In this document: positions 12,156-26,460 of the stretch, one piece after another
Position numbering within the stretch: position 1 is the first letter of the stretch
How the letters are laid out: each line of letters begins with the position of its first letter
Source: Phyllobates terribilis
Lineage: Eukaryota
Assembly (NCBI RefSeq): GCF_046119375.1
Contig: NW_027362763.1
Span: 183,272,001 to 183,336,000 of the forward strand
Length of the DNA stretch: 64,000 bases
Reading direction: 5' to 3'
The notes under the pieces: model-generated
Database searches by the model: none
What the model saw: the letters and a program-made list of their open reading frames with translations, nothing else
What the model was told of the DNA's origin: nothing
Program-made: the position numbers and the translations under genes

Positions 12156-14819
12156 CAGTGGGTCTGGAAAGTATTCAAACCCCTTTAAATTTTTCACTCT
12201 TTGTTTCATTGCAGCTGAGGCGCCCCCTGGGCCATGGGGTACTCAGTAGCCAGGCCGGTCATTGCTAGGGGAGATGTCACAGTGGTAGTGACCCGGTCCG
12301 TGACCGAGGGCGGTCAATAAAAGGGGAATTTGGGAAAGGGGATTATAGTTTTTATATAATGTTCATGACGCCACCTGTGGTATGCGGCTATATGGAGCCG
12401 CCGCTGCGGTGCAGATCCTCTGGAGCTGATGATGACGCAGCAGAGTTGGTTCAGCTCTCCACAGGCAGAGCTTAGCTCCAGGGCAGGAAATGGTGATGTT
12501 ATAGATGTTGCTGAAAAGTGTAATGCAGGGGATGGCGCAGTTAATAATCAGTCTACAACTTAATGGCGGTTTCCTCTTATCTTTACTTGCGGTGGTTAGG
12601 CAGACCGGGGCACGGGTACTAGCTGGTAGTAGAGGTCCGGAAGGCCTGGAAGCAAGTTGGGAATCCACCTCGCCAGGTGAAGTTGGAGGCCTTCCCTTTG
12701 CGCTAAACTCTTTTGGCCCTGCTGTTTGTAGCTATGCTGTGGCCCTCGTCCCTGAGTAAAACGTCTGTTCCTCACCCGTATGCCAGGCAGCTCGGGCCTT
12801 CCTGGAGTGCCGCTCCCATGTGGCGGTGCTGGGCCCTATGTGCTGCTGAGCCTCCGGGCGTCTGATGGGGTCAGCAGACCTGCAATCTCCTGCCCTCCGG
12901 TTTCTGCTGCTGGGCCTTCAGTGCCCCACAACCTCAGACTCCGGTGTCCAGTTCTTTTGCGCTTCTCTCCTCTGGGGTGAACTGCCGTGCAGCTCCACTC
13001 CCTAGATCTTTCCTCGTCGACGTCCTGACTTCAACTCCTCTCTGCTCTCCTCACACTAACTAACCCCACCTCCACATCCCAGTTGCTAAGGGGAGGAGCT
13101 CCCGTTGCTGGTCTGGAGCCAGAAAATTGTTGCATCTAGAAAAACCTGATTAGGGGACCCCTCCTTGCTTCCAGGCACGGCATCACCCCCTTGTGAGGTA
13201 GGCAATGCCAATGTGGCAACCGGACTCCTGGGGTGCCACACAGCCATTTGGTAAATTCTAAAAAGTTCATTTTTTTCCTCATTAAAGTACACTCTGCACC
13301 CCATCTACACTGAAAAAAAACAGAAATGTAGAAATTTTTGCAAATTTTTAAAAAAGAAAAACTGAAATATCACATGGTTATAAGTATTCAGACCCTTTGG
13401 TCAGTATTGAGTAGAAGAACCCTTTTGAGCTAGTACAGCCATGAGTCTTCTTGGGAATGATGCAACAAGTTTTTCACACCTGGATTTGGGGATCCTCTGC
13501 CATTCTTCCTTGCAGATCCTCTCCAGTTCCGTCAGGTTGGATGGTGAACGTTGGTGGTCAGCCATTTTCAGGTCTCTCTTGAGATGCTGAATTGGGTTTA
13601 GGTCAGGGCTCTGGCTGGGCCAGTGAAGAATGGTCACAGAGTTGTTCTGAAGCCACTTCTTTGTTATTTTAGCTGTGTGTTTAGGGTCATTGTCTTGTTG
13701 GAAGGTGAACCTTCGGCCAAGTCTGAGGTCCAGAGCACTCTGGAAGAGGTTTTCATCCAGGATATCTCTGTACTTGGCCGCATTCATGTTTCCTTAAATT
13801 GCAACCAGTCGTCCTATCCCTGCAGCTGAAAAACACCCCCATAGCATGATGCTGGCCCCACCATATTTCACTGTTGGGATTGTATTGGGCAGGTGATGAG
13901 CAGTCCCTGGTTTTCTCCACACATACCACTTACAATTATCACCAAAAAGTTCTATCTTCGTTTCATCAGACCAGAGAATCTTATTTCTCATAGTCTGGGA
14001 GTCCTTCATGTGTTTTTGAGTAAACTCTATGCGGGCTTTCATATGTCTTGCACTGAGGAGAGGCTTCTGTTGGGCCACTGTGCCATAAACGCCCGACTGG
14101 TGGAGGGCTGCAGTGATAGTTGACATTGTGGAACTTTCTCACATCTCCCTACTGCATCTCTGGAGCTCAGCCACAGTGATCTTGGGGTTCTTCTTTACCT
14201 CTCTCACCAAGGCTCTTTTCCCACGATTGCTCAGTTTGGCTGGACGGCCAGGTCTAGGAAGACTTCTGGTGGTCCCAAACTTCTTCCATTTAAGGTTTAT
14301 GGAGGCCACTGTGCTCTTAGGAACCTTGAGTACTGCAGAAATTCTTTTGTAACCTTGGCCAGATCTGTGCCTTGCCACAATTCTGTCTCTGAGCTCCTTG
14401 GGTAGTTCCTTTGAGGTCATGATTCTCATTTGGTCTGACATGAACTGTGAGCTGTGAGGTCTTATATAGACAGGTGTGTGCCTTTCCAAATCAAGTCCTA
14501 TCAGTTTAATTAAACACAGCTGGACTCCAATGAGGGAGTAGAACCATCTCAAGTAGGATCACAAGGAAATGGACAGCATGTGACTTAAACCTTAGTGTCT
14601 GAGCAAAGGGTCTGAATACTTATGACCATGTGATATTTCAGTTTTTGTTTTTTTATAAATTTGCAAAAATTTCTACATTTCTGTTTTTTTCAGTCAAGGT
14701 GGAGTGCAGAGTGTACATTAATGAGAAAAAAAAAATTACTTTTTAGAATTTACCAAATGGCTGCAATGAAACAAAGAATGAAAAATTGACAGGGGTCTGA
14801 ATACTTTCCGTACCCACTG
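12156..14819 (-). mobile_element. Tc1-like DD34E element, degenerate, with a solo LTR in its TIR
   Basis: TA|CAGTGGG...AAAGTATTCA and TGAATACTTTCCGTACCCACTG|TA. ORF pieces 14139-14552, 13794-14126 ([10 protein letters not shown]) and 13401-13787 (FQQDNDPKH...SPDLNPIQH; catalytic E is Q). Confidence 0.92.
12216..13240. mobile_element. Solo LTR (Ty3/Gypsy-like)
   Basis: TGAGGCGCCCC...GGGGTGCCACA (TG..CA, imperfect inverted repeat) with 4-bp TSD CAGC; the Tc1 TIR resumes exactly after it. Confidence 0.85.
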
Positions 14820-15282
14820 TACATTGTCAGCAATCAGCCAATCAGTGGTGGGTGCGGGGTTATACAGATTAGCCTGACTGTCCTCTAGTCATACTCTCCT
14901 GCTTGAAAAAAAAACTGATTGTATTGAAACTACAGCACACAGCCTAATAAGTGACACATCTCTGGAATTAGGCTCTCTTCCCCAACATTACGCTGCAAAA
15001 AGATACTAATAATTCCCTTTAAGTGAACGGGTCAATTAAAATAATGGACATCACATGAATGGCATTTGTGTGTCATTCAAGTGCTGACTGTTTTTACTAT
15101 TTAATTGGTAAGAGAAGTTTCAAAACTTTTTTTTTTTGTATACAAGAAAAATGGATGCCGCACTGAAGGTAAAATCGAACACACGGACCAAAAATGAATA
15201 AAAATCAGGTTGAGCACAGTGATGAAAAATGGTTTTGTAATTTTATTGCATAAAATAAAAAATGGACCCAAAGAGGCCTTAA

Positions 15283-15646
15283 AGGGGTATTCCCATCTCC
15301 AATATCCTATCCCAATATGTAACAGGTGTAATAATAATAATATTAGCAAATACCTCCAATTAGAAATGTAGTATAGTATTTATGATTCGCTATGCCACTT
15401 ACCTCATGTGCCGGCAATACAGGACCTTAGGTATCCACGGTTACGACCACTAGCAGCTAGCTAACTGTCACTTTATCAGTGGATGTAACCATGGATACCT
15501 AAGGTCCTGCAATGCCTCCACATGAGGAAACAGACATAGCGAATCAAAAATACTATACTACATTTCTAATTGTAAGTATTTGCTAATATTATTATTATTA
15601 CACCTATTACATATTGGGATAGGATCTTGGAGATGGGAATACCCCT
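15283..15646. mobile_element. Palindromic T2-type MITE
   Basis: TTAA|AGGGGTATTCCCATCT...AGATGGGAATACCCCT|TTAA; near-perfect fold-back. Confidence 0.9.
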
Positions 15647-17061
15647 TTAAGCACAAAAGCCTGGGAGTGGATCCTAAAGTCATGACCCTGTACTAATATA
15701 CACAAGGGGCTCAGCACACAGCCATATTTGTGATTTATGTTGCCTCTATACAAAAATGAGCTTGAAAACACATATAGGAAAAATAGGAAAGTTTTAATAC
15801 TTCTAGGTGGTAAGATCTCATTCTTATTTTTTGTCAAAATTGTTCAGGTGACAGCAGGCACTGTGCACCTTATACATTATGAGAGGCATTGTCGGGGGTC
15901 CTGGGCTGTACTGCAGACGAGAGCCACATTCATGTGCCAGGCCACCAGCTGGTCACCGAACCAAATCACCAATGCAACTGATAATTATCATATAGTCTAT
16001 AGTCATAGAAAATTTATACGAATGGAATTTACAATATCTTAGATCATTGGACATGTGAAAAATTGCCAAAAATTACTTGCATTAACATGTGTGCACATAG
16101 GGTAGCGGTGCCCTGTGTAGAAGACAGGAAGGTCCAGCGTTTTTTTTTTATCGTAAAGTTTTATTTCTTATAGAACAGAAAAGCAATATAACGTTTTGTT
16201 GGTTGTGATATTGTTTCCTAATGTCAGAATGTATTTGGAGATACATTCACGCTATCCATGGAGCCAACATGAGCTGTGGCCTTTCTCTCCAACGTCCCAT
16301 TGTCCTCTGAATATGGACAACCATGAACATCTACCTTCTGCTCTAATGCTTGGACATCGTCCAGCCTGAGTCACTTACATACGGCCAAAGCAGACTCCCA
16401 TCCAGAGCCGAGCATAAGGACAGGCAATTAAAATATTGTATTAATATTAAACATAGCTGAAAACACATACGTAAAATGCAATTACAGCTCGTATTGCCCT
16501 ACAGAGCCTCGTTGCAGCAGCGTACACATTAGAAGACCATATGAGATTGCTTGTATTAAGGCAGGGCGGCTTATATAATTTATTAAGGCTGTATAAAATA
16601 ACGATACATTCCACATCTTTTGGTTAATCACTGTTCTACTGCTGTCTAAATGTCATCTTCAGTGCTGTTATTTGTGAGGCTGGCGGTAAAAGGTAGCAGT
16701 TAGTGACAGTAAAAGAATATGATGGAATAAAAAAAAAGCAAAACTATATTATTAGACACATACTTTATTTTTGATAGTTTACAGCAGTTCTGGATCCAGC
16801 AAATGATTTACTATGAGATCAGTCCAAGCATAAAATAATAATAATAATTACAAATCCTGAAATTCTAAAGTAGCATATGATATAAACTGTACTACCTAAA
16901 GAAGCAACCAGTCTAACAATAGGTCACTAAATGAAATTAAACACAATTTTTTGCCCTTTTTTGCAGTAACACTGTCACTCTTGTGGGCTGTGCTTTACAT
17001 TGTAGTACATTCACAATAGCTCGTTCCCCAGACAGTCCTAAAATAAAGTGAAATATATATA

Positions 17062-18687
17062 CAGTACAGACCAAAATTTGGACACACCTTCTCATTTAAA
17101 GATTTTTCTGTATTTTCATGACTTTGAAAATTGTACATTCACACCGAAAGCATCAAAACTATGAATTAACGCATGTGGAATTATATACTTAACAAAAAAG
17201 TGTGAAACAACTGAAAATATGTCTTATATTCTAGGTTCTTCAAAGTAGCCACCTTTTGCTTTGATGACTGCTTTGCACACTCTTGGCATTCTCTTGATGA
17301 GCTTCAAGAGGTAGTCACCGGAAATGTTTTTCACTTCACAGGTGTGCCCTGTCAGGTTTAATAAGTGGGATTTCTTGACTTATAAATGGGGTTGGGACCA
17401 TCAGTTGTGTTGTGCAGAAGTGTGGTGGATACACAGCTGATAGTCCTACTGAATAGACTGTTAGAATTTGTATTATGGCAAGAAAAAAGCAGCTAAGTAA
17501 AGAAAAACGAGTGGCCATCATTACTTTAAGAAATGAAGGTCAGTCAGTCCGAAAAATTGGGCAAACTTTGAAAGTGTCCCCAAGTGCAGTTGCAAAAACC
17601 ATCCAGTGCTACAAAGACACTGGCTCACATGAGGACCGCCCCAGGAAAGGAAGACCAAGAGTCACCTCTGCTTCTGAGGATAAGTTTATCCGAGTCACCA
17701 GCCTCAGAAATCGCAGGTTAACAGCAGCTCAGATTAGAGACCATGTCAATGCCACACAGAGTTCTAGCAGCAGACACATCTCTACAACAACTGTTAAGAG
17801 GAGACTTTGTGCAGCAGGCCTTCATGGTAAAATAGCTGCTAGTAAACCACTGCTAAGGACAGACAACAAGCAGAAGAGACTTGTTTGGGCTAAAGAACAC
17901 AAGGAATGGACATTAGACCAGTGGAAATCTGTGCTTTGGTCTGATGAGTCCAAATTTGAGATCTTTGGTTCCAACCACCGTGTCTTTGCGTGATGCAGAA
18001 AAGGTGAACGGATGGACTCTACATGCCTGGTTCCCACCGTGAAGCATGGAGGAGGAGGTGTGATGGTGTGGGGGTGCTTTGCTGGTGACACTGTTGCGGA
18101 TTTATTCAAAATTGAAGGCATACTGAACCAGCATGGCTACCACAGCATTTTGCAGCGGCATGCTATTCCATCCGGTTTGCGTTTAGTTGGACCATCATTT
18201 ATTTTTCAACAGGACAATGACCCCAAACACACCTCCAGGCTGTGTAAGGGATATTTGACCAAGAGGGAGAGTGATGGGGTGCTACACCAGATGACCTGGC
18301 CTCCACAGTCACCAGACCTGAACCCAATCGAGATGGTTTGGGGTGAGCTGGACCGCAGAGTGAAGGCAAAAGGGCCAACAAGTGCTAAGCATCTCTGGGA
18401 ACTCCTTCAAGATTGTTGGAAGACCATTTCCGGTGACTACCTCTTGAAGCTCATCAAGAGAATGCCAAGAGTGTGCAAAGCAGTCATCAAAGCAAAAGGT
18501 GGCTACTTTGAAGAACCTAGAATATAAGACATATTTTCAGTTGTTTTACACTTTTTTGTTAAGTATATAATTCCACATGTGTTAATTCATAGTTTTGATG
18601 CCTTCAGTGTGAATGTACAATTTTCATAGTCATGAAAATACAGAAAAATCTTTAAATGAGGTGTGTCCAAACTTTTGGTCTGTACTG
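17062..18687 (+). mobile_element. Full-length Tc1-superfamily DD38E (Intruder-like) transposon; one premature stop in the transposase 17475-18527
   Basis: ~210-bp TIRs TA|CAGTACAGACCAAAA..TTTTGGTCTGTACTG|TA. The two ORFs are in frame across TGA 17991-17993. Motifs WSDESKF and FQQDNDPKH-x-SPDLNPIE, with 38 residues between D and E. Confidence 0.93.

Positions 18688-18689
<2 letters not shown>

Positions 18690-18740
<51 letters not shown>
18690..18740. repeat. (TA)n microsatellite
   Basis: About 25 TA units directly abutting the Tc1 TA target site. Confidence 0.95.
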
Positions 18741-18743
<3 letters not shown>

Positions 18744-19744
18744 CATTCCAATGGGTTGGCACAGACTAGAGAGCTAAGCCTGCAACATCCTCTGCGGGTG
18801 TCTGCTGTGTCACACAGTTGACACCCTGCTGTAATGGAGTTAGTTTAACCTCCTAATGCTGTTTGTATAACTTCTTAGATGCCATTGTTAATTATGACCA
18901 TTGCATCCAAGCTGTTAGACTGCATTTACACTGGTCAACTATCATGAACGATGAACGAGCGTTCCTAGGACCCAGGCCGTTTCCTAATAATCGGCCAGTG
19001 TAAAAAGCCTGCCAATCACCCTAATGAGCAGGTCGTTCATTTGTTGGGTGAAATTATTGTTTTGCTTAAAAATCATGGTTTTCGGCAGCACATTATCCTG
19101 TGTAAGCAGGACATGTGCTGCCGAGTACAATGACAGTCTATGCCCACAAATTAATGTATTACCAATCATTGTGAGCACCTGTCTAAAGCTATTAAATGAA
19201 GCTGATTGGTAAACGTGTAGACAATCAGGGGTAGAGTAACACCACAAGTCGGCCAAATTAGACAAAAGGAGTCTTCATGTAGTGGTTGTGGAGTCCTGCG
19301 GTTTTTATGGCAGTCAGTGTCTCCTATAAAATTTGCACAGTTAATAGCATAGGAATAAAGCCCGAAAAACAACAGCGGAATTGCTGTTTTTTCTCTATTT
19401 CCCCCCCTCAATAGGAAAGATCTTACTTGACTCTCATAAAGGAAAAATAAAAATGTCAAGGATGCAGCATTTTTATTAATCTCTATGTTTCAAATTGTCT
19501 GAAGAGTCTTCTGCCTGAAAAACTGATGTTTTTGACATTCAGAAAAAATGTAGTGTGAATACAAGTTTACGCTTTACTCACAAGGAGGAGTTTCTTGGCA
19601 CAGATTTTATCCAAAATTATCCTCTAAAACGGCTTAAAAAATGCTTGAAAAAACTCTTCCTATTCAGTTCTGTGGGAAATCCCCCTTGCTATTTATTTGA
19701 GAATTTTTTTAAGCATTTTTTTCCCTGAAGAACCAAAAAATAAG

Positions 19745-20241
19745 AATAAAGGCTCTTCCAAAAGATAACTGGGAGATAACTCTGCCTCTAGAGCTTATTG
19801 TGTATGAGAGGGGGAGTTACCAGTGTGAGACAAGTAACTAACACAGAACAAGAGAACTGAACTTTGTCTCCTTACAAACACATTTGCTGCAGCTCTCACA
19901 GCTCTGCTGTATTACAAAATTGGCTGCTTGAGAGCTTGAAGCTGAGAGGAGCCTGCAGATGTGTCAGGTATAATCACACAGCTCTGCAGTGAGATCAGGA
20001 GAGCGGCCATTACATATCACACTGGTAACTCCCCCTTTATGTATAATAATCTCTGGAGGCAGTTATCTTCCAGGCAGCGTCCTCCCCATAGCCTGGAAGA
20101 GGTCATTCATAACAAGATGATTTCTCAACAACAACACATCTGATATAAGACATACAAGGATCACTCTCTTCAGTTGTCTATAACCTGTATGCCCATATTA
20201 ATAGTTTACATTGGTCAAATGTGGTGACAGATTCCCTTTAA
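19745..20241. mobile_element. T2-type MITE (left end uncertain)
   Basis: Right end GGTGACAGATTCCCT|TTAA; internal inverted segments at ~19750-19850 and ~20010-20100. Confidence 0.55.
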
Positions 20242-22887
20242 GTGATTGACATTAAGCAGTACTACCTGAAACCACTTAGAGGCGCTGTCTCTGTAAGAAA
20301 ATAAGTAATTTTTCTTTTCTAATATTATACAGGCCTTTAAGGCAGCTTTCAATGGGAACTTCACATTATTAGTGAATTGACTTAGTAGTAGGATCCCTCT
20401 AACATTGGCATCACATTATCGCCTCGGTCACCTTAGTGCGCGGAGGAAAGTCTATATTGTGACATTGGTGTCTCTTTATTCAGTGACATCATCAAAAAGA
20501 ACAAATGAAAAATTACACTTCTCCAATTATCTATAACTTGAAGTGGATATTACATGTCAAGACAAGTAGACAGAGGACCGTTCTGAACAGAAAGGAACCA
20601 GAATGATATAATGTCTCAATTTTCTACAGCGGAGAAGGAAATGTGCAGACCGGAGAGGACTGAGTGAGCAATTCTTATCTGTCATACAATTCTGTATTCG
20701 GAAACTCATTAAAATAATAGTGTGAAAGAAAAAGAGAAACTTTAAAAGCAAAACTTCAAAAAAAAAAAATTTATTTTTTTTTTTGTAAATGTGAAATGTG
20801 GCCGAATTCCCTGTAGTGACAGAAAGGTGAAGCTCGGAAAATGCTTGTTTGTAGGTTTCACGCGACATTTCTAAAGATAATTGTGTTAAACACAGAAGAG
20901 ATAATAGCAAGGAAAACGGCTGGACTGGAAATAGATAAATAATGACTGGCAAAAGGGGTGTAATTAGTGGCACGGACAATCAGACGGATTCACACAATAT
21001 TGTTCTTCATTATGGATGGGGCTGCGCGGAGCGATTGTCCTGCCATACACATAGACAAACACCAGCACTATTAAGGGCTATCAGCTTGTAATAGCCATAA
21101 TGGAGATGACCAGGAAATGAATGAATACCAAATACAAGGTGATTAGCGATGGACGGGGAGATGGTGATAGACTTGGTGAAGGAATTAGAGGGAAACGTGA
21201 CACAAAATACTTAGGATGGACGACAATGGCTTCAATCATTTACAGGGTAATTTGCTGTGAGCTGAGAAAAAATACTGACTAAATACTGACAGTGGGGCCG
21301 TGGCCTTAGTCAGTGGCTTCAATCTAAGGACGATGAGACTGTCCCAGACACATAACTGCAACCATAAAATTATCGCCTATCAATGGCCACAGACTAGACA
21401 CTAACGGGTGTAAAAAATGGAGACGTGTCTGGTTTTCATCCGAGTCACAGATGAGACGCCCATTCAAATGAAAAAACAAAACAGACAGCACGAAGATGCC
21501 ACCTATGTATCGCCTGAGTTCAGTCCTGATTTCTTTTACTGTGGATAGATTATTTTTTGGGGGAGGTGGAGGGCCTACGAGAATAACGGATGTCACAGTG
21601 ATGGTAAAAATGGACACAAAAATCAATAATGGATGAAAACTGGATCCAAAATAAAAAACAACATGGAGCATTTCGGTGCCCACCTTAAATAGGTGGATAC
21701 CACCAAATAAGATGTCCAGCAGAGTACATAGTATCTCCTCCAGCCCCTCATAAGCTCCAGTGGAGCCACTGACAAGTGGATAAAAGTGGTGTGGTCAAAT
21801 CCCTCAGACCTGATGAGATTGGTGTACTTTAGAGTCGGTGCGGATCAATGCGCAGGACGTGGTGCAGCAGCCTAGTCAGTAATCCGTGGTCGCTGGACAG
21901 GAGCCCTGAGAAACGCCTCTCCGCTTACACTTCTATTTTTTTTTAGCCCGTCTGGAGTCACATACAAGACATCAACACTGATGTCGCACCAGGCCGGCTA
22001 ATCAAAAGAAGAGGAGAGGGTGCTGGGAGGTAGGAGGCAATCCTCTGGGCTTCCATACAATGGCCACAGAGTATTGACTGGCTGGTGTACTTACTTTGAA
22101 AATTCTTGTCTGAATGTCAGTATTACTCTTCAATTAAAATTACATTTTAATATTAGACAATGAAACATTCAAATGATTATAGTCTCAAACTGGATATGAT
22201 ATTGGATAGATCTCTTAGACCTGTTGAGATGGCTTTATTTACTTTGAAAATCCATGTCAGAATGACTGTATAGTCCTTCATTTAATATAAAAAATATATT
22301 ATTAGGTAGTGAACCTTTCAAGCTTACAATATAGTCATTCTCTAAGCATACCAGTATCATAGTATCATCAGGTCTAAGAGATTTATTTAATAATGTGTGA
22401 TGTATGATTTGAGAAATCTAGTGACAGAGCCTTTTAGATGTAGCTTAGTCTTCATGTGCCTGAGAATCTCATATATATATATATATATATATATATTATC
22501 TGTAAGTTAGTGGATGTCATTATATCTATACATTGCTGGTAATTAAACAGTCTAGCGGTTTTATTGCGACACCCTAAATCTAGGCTACAACTCAATTAGA
22601 AAGCGTATGTATTTCATGCTTGATTTATAGACTGGAGCATTTGCCAGGTCAGTCATGTGGAAATGGACACTTGGTAGAAGCATATGCCGTATACTTTCCA
22701 TGTAACATCTGCACACGTGCGGGCTGCATCTGATCTCATTTCAAGATGGTTGAATGGGCAAATCTATTTCTTTGTCAATTTTACTTCCTAATTCTTATAA
22801 TATTCTAGATAAAATGGCAAATTTGTACAAGATTAATTGAAATATAAAGGGTATATAGGTGGCGGCTATTTACCATAAGAAGCCCAA

Positions 22888-23245
22888 GGGCAGGCGCAGA
22901 TGAGCTTATTTTTGGTCTGAGTGTGATCCAATAAAACATCGGATTGCACCCGGACCAATGTTAGTCTATTGGCCGTGCACATGTCCAAATAAATCGCTGC
23001 ATGCCTGAGTTTGATCAGATATTCGGATCACACTCGGCCATGCAAGTCAATGAGCCTGTGGAAAACATTGGACTGCACTCAGATGACAACTGAGTGCAGT
23101 CTGATTTCCGTGCACTCGCAGAATGGATACATTTTTTTTCTCCATCTTCTCATCCGAGAGAATCGGATCATACTGTGATCACACTCAGAGTGTCGTTGGC
23201 ATAATCGACCCGATTCTCTCGTATGTGAGTCGTCTGTCCCTGCCC
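22888..23245. mobile_element. Harbinger-like MITE
   Basis: Ends GGGCAGGCGCAGA and TCTGTCCCTGCCC|TTA; palindromic interior. Confidence 0.55.
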
Positions 23246-26200
23246 TTAGAGTGGATTATCTACAATGATATGTATAATGGCTCTGAACTTGGAGCGGGTG
23301 TAAATATTAAGACTTGGCATTCTGAAGTTTGGTAAAGTTGATTGGAAACCTCTCGGGAGGCTGCAATGGTGGAAACTTTGGCTACAAGCCAGTTTTTATT
23401 ATGTAACAAAGCTAATTCAAGGACATAAATAAAAAAAAAATTATTAGAAATGTATTAGAAACGCTATAGGGCCCACCTTAGGATTGTGGGGTCTGTGTAA
23501 TGGCGCACAGTGCCCGAGAAGGTGCCACTAATGGCTTGGCACACAAAGCCAGTGAACACCTCCAATCTCAATGCTGATTGAACAGAAGTATTAAATAGAC
23601 ATTGTACAGTAATATTATAATACTGTACATTAAATAGTATGTATGACCTGTGTTTACACAGTCATTGTACGGGCACTACTACTGGACATGATATTGTCAT
23701 TTCAGAAGTTTTATTGCTCTCAGTAACAGAAACATAATAATAATAATAATAATAATTTTGTAGATATGATGCCCTAAAATAGCTAACAAATAAAAAGAAA
23801 TCATGTTATGGAGCCAGCTTTCAAGACTTTCAGCTCTAAACTTCAATCTTGCTAAATTCAATTCATGCAGATTCGCTCCAATCAGTGGGGAAATTCAAAT
23901 TGTATCGAATAAATTCAGTGCACAATGAATTGGTTGGGAAGGGGTTAAGAAAATCTAATATTTCTTCTTGTTCCTCTACGTAATTGTTCCGCTACTGTCG
24001 GTGCTCATTTTATTCCATTCTTTCTTCCTTCCCGTCGGATCTTCCCTTCACTAGGCCCCATTATGCCCCACATCAACGAGCAGCAGATTCTGGTACCCTT
24101 CATTTAGTTAAAACATGAAAGTTTACTGATGGCTCCTTTGCCTGAAGTTCCACAGCACAAAGGCTGTCAGTCAAACAGGAGGAGGCGGTGCTGGGAGGGC
24201 AATAGAGCTGGAGTGACAGAGGCATATAAATAGTTTGGGGACGTGAAATAGCTCTAAAATTCCCTTTTAATGGGAAATTTTGATCTGCAAATTGGTCCAC
24301 AAAAACAAAAAAAGGACATGCCATAGACTATAAAGAGTACATGCTCTATCCATGAAAAAACGGCACAAGTATCTATGGATTTAGTCTAAGGGAAGCAAAA
24401 TAATAATCTTGTTGAAATTAAACATTTTAGCAGCTAGGGAATTACTGGCTAACATGGTACCAAATCCTTTTTTTTCTTTTGTTACTGCAGAATATGATGG
24501 AAGTGATAATATATTAGGTCAGACACTCCCTTCCCAGGAGATGTGCACCCAACATTGGCCACTGTCAGGATGAATGTCTAGGCATTCATATACCTTAGGG
24601 ACCCATTGTAGAAAAAGCATATACCAGTGCTTACTGGCCAGACCGAAGCTGAAAGAAAATACTTTTGCCCTCCGTCTGGTGAATGGAAGCTTATGGGAAT
24701 GTTACCGTATACGTCGGGAAAAGCTCCTGATGTATACCATCATGTTTTCCTGAAAATAAGCATGATTTTACGGGATTTTTGGAGTATGCTTGAAATATAA
24801 GCCCTACTCCAAAAATAAGCCCTACTTACAGTCAGGGCTGGCATTGGAGGTGAGAGGGGGGAAAACTGGGCAATTGCCCAGGGCCCCTCAAACATAGGGG
24901 CCTCCAGAGTTTCTATTCCGAAGTTAAGACTGCTTAAGGACCTTTAGTGACATCACAGTTTGCAACCATGATGTCACCAAAGGTCCTTCAACTGCGGAAG
25001 TCTATAGGAACTGAAGAGGAGACGGGCTGGTATGTACCATATGTACAGTGTGAGTATATACATGTGCATGTATGTGAAGTGTGTGTACAAACATGTGTGT
25101 GCGTGTGTGTGTGTATATATGCATGTGTATGTACAGAGATGATTATATTTGAATAAAGGATGATTTTTTGTTCAAGAATAAATGTAGATTGTTGTTCATG
25201 GAAAAAAAAGTATGAAATCCTCTAAGAATAAGCCCTAACCTATCTTTCAGAGCTAAAAATAATATGAGCCGGTCTTATTTTTGGAGAAAGCGGTTAAAGC
25301 TTAGGGCACATTATTTAGACAACTTTATGGAAATGTGCACCATACAGTATCGTGCTGTATTGGTATTTTTGCCATCCATACCAACATAATTTTTTTTTTG
25401 TAGTTTTTATGATAATGAGTTGCACGAAGTGTCAAATAATTGGCGGAATTTGTGTTTGACGATGACAGTAAAATTCCAACCATGCAGCTCACATCTTTGG
25501 CTGTCAATAGTTTGCCATTGGATATCATGAACAATCGTTTGTGTTTCATTTTGAAGCAATGGTTGTCTGAAATAACCAAAACCGGCTTTTTTCAGCGGAT
25601 ATTTATCTGATGTGTGTAATGCACACGCCCGGGCTGAGCGGCGTGTGCGTGTGATTCCACTGGGCCGTGCCGGAGAGTGAATGCCTGGAGGGGCGTAACT
25701 AGGTATTCACCCGATCCGACCAGGGTCGCACGACGGCATACGACGCCAGTGCACCAAGGAGGAACCGAGAAGAGGGACCAGGTGCTACTCCAGGACAGAC
25801 CCCGGACACGGCTGTTGACCCACACAGGGGAATACAGGAACAGACTGGTTAGGCTGGCGCACAGACTGGTGGGTATAGGCAGGCACGACTGGTATGCAGG
25901 CAGGCGGGTATGCAGGCAGGGGGGTACAGGCAAGCACAGCTAGAGTGCAGACAGGGAGACACTAGCAGGTAGGAACACAGGCGGGATAGGACCCAGTACA
26001 CACTGGGACTCAGGAACAATACAGGCAGAGGGGTACAGGCGAGCACAGCTAGAGTACAGAAAGGAAAGCACTAGCAGGTAGGGACACTGGCGGGATAGGA
26101 CCCAGTACACACTGGGACTCAGGAACAGAACCACAGATGTGGCGGACAAACACAGCAGAGTGAGGCCGTCCAGAGAGATGAGCGAGAACAGGGCAGGACA

Positions 26201-26460
26201 AGACCGCCTGGAGCGGTGAGCAAGAGCAGAGCAGGACAAGGCCGCCAGGAGCGGTGAGCACAGGGTCAGAGCTGAGCGAGACTGCCGGAGCAGTGAACAA
26301 GAGTAAAGCAGGACGAGGCCGCCTGGAGCGGTGAGCAAGAGTGGAGCAAGACTGCCGGAGCAGTGAGCAAAAGGATAAGAGCGGAGCGAGACTGCCGGAG
26401 CAGTGAGCAAAAGGGTCAGAGCGGAGCAAGGCTGCCGGAGCAGCGAGCAAAAGGGTCAGA

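Larger units (their letters stand above)
11939..15018. mobile_element. T2-type MITE split by a Tc1 insertion
   Basis: TTAA|AGGTAATCTG at 11935 and ATTCCCT|TTAA at 15012-15022; the halves abut the Tc1 TA duplication. Confidence 0.8.

Noticed and set aside
22090-22390. Degenerate ~150-bp local duplication
   Set aside because: An old AT-rich tandem duplication with no further structure.
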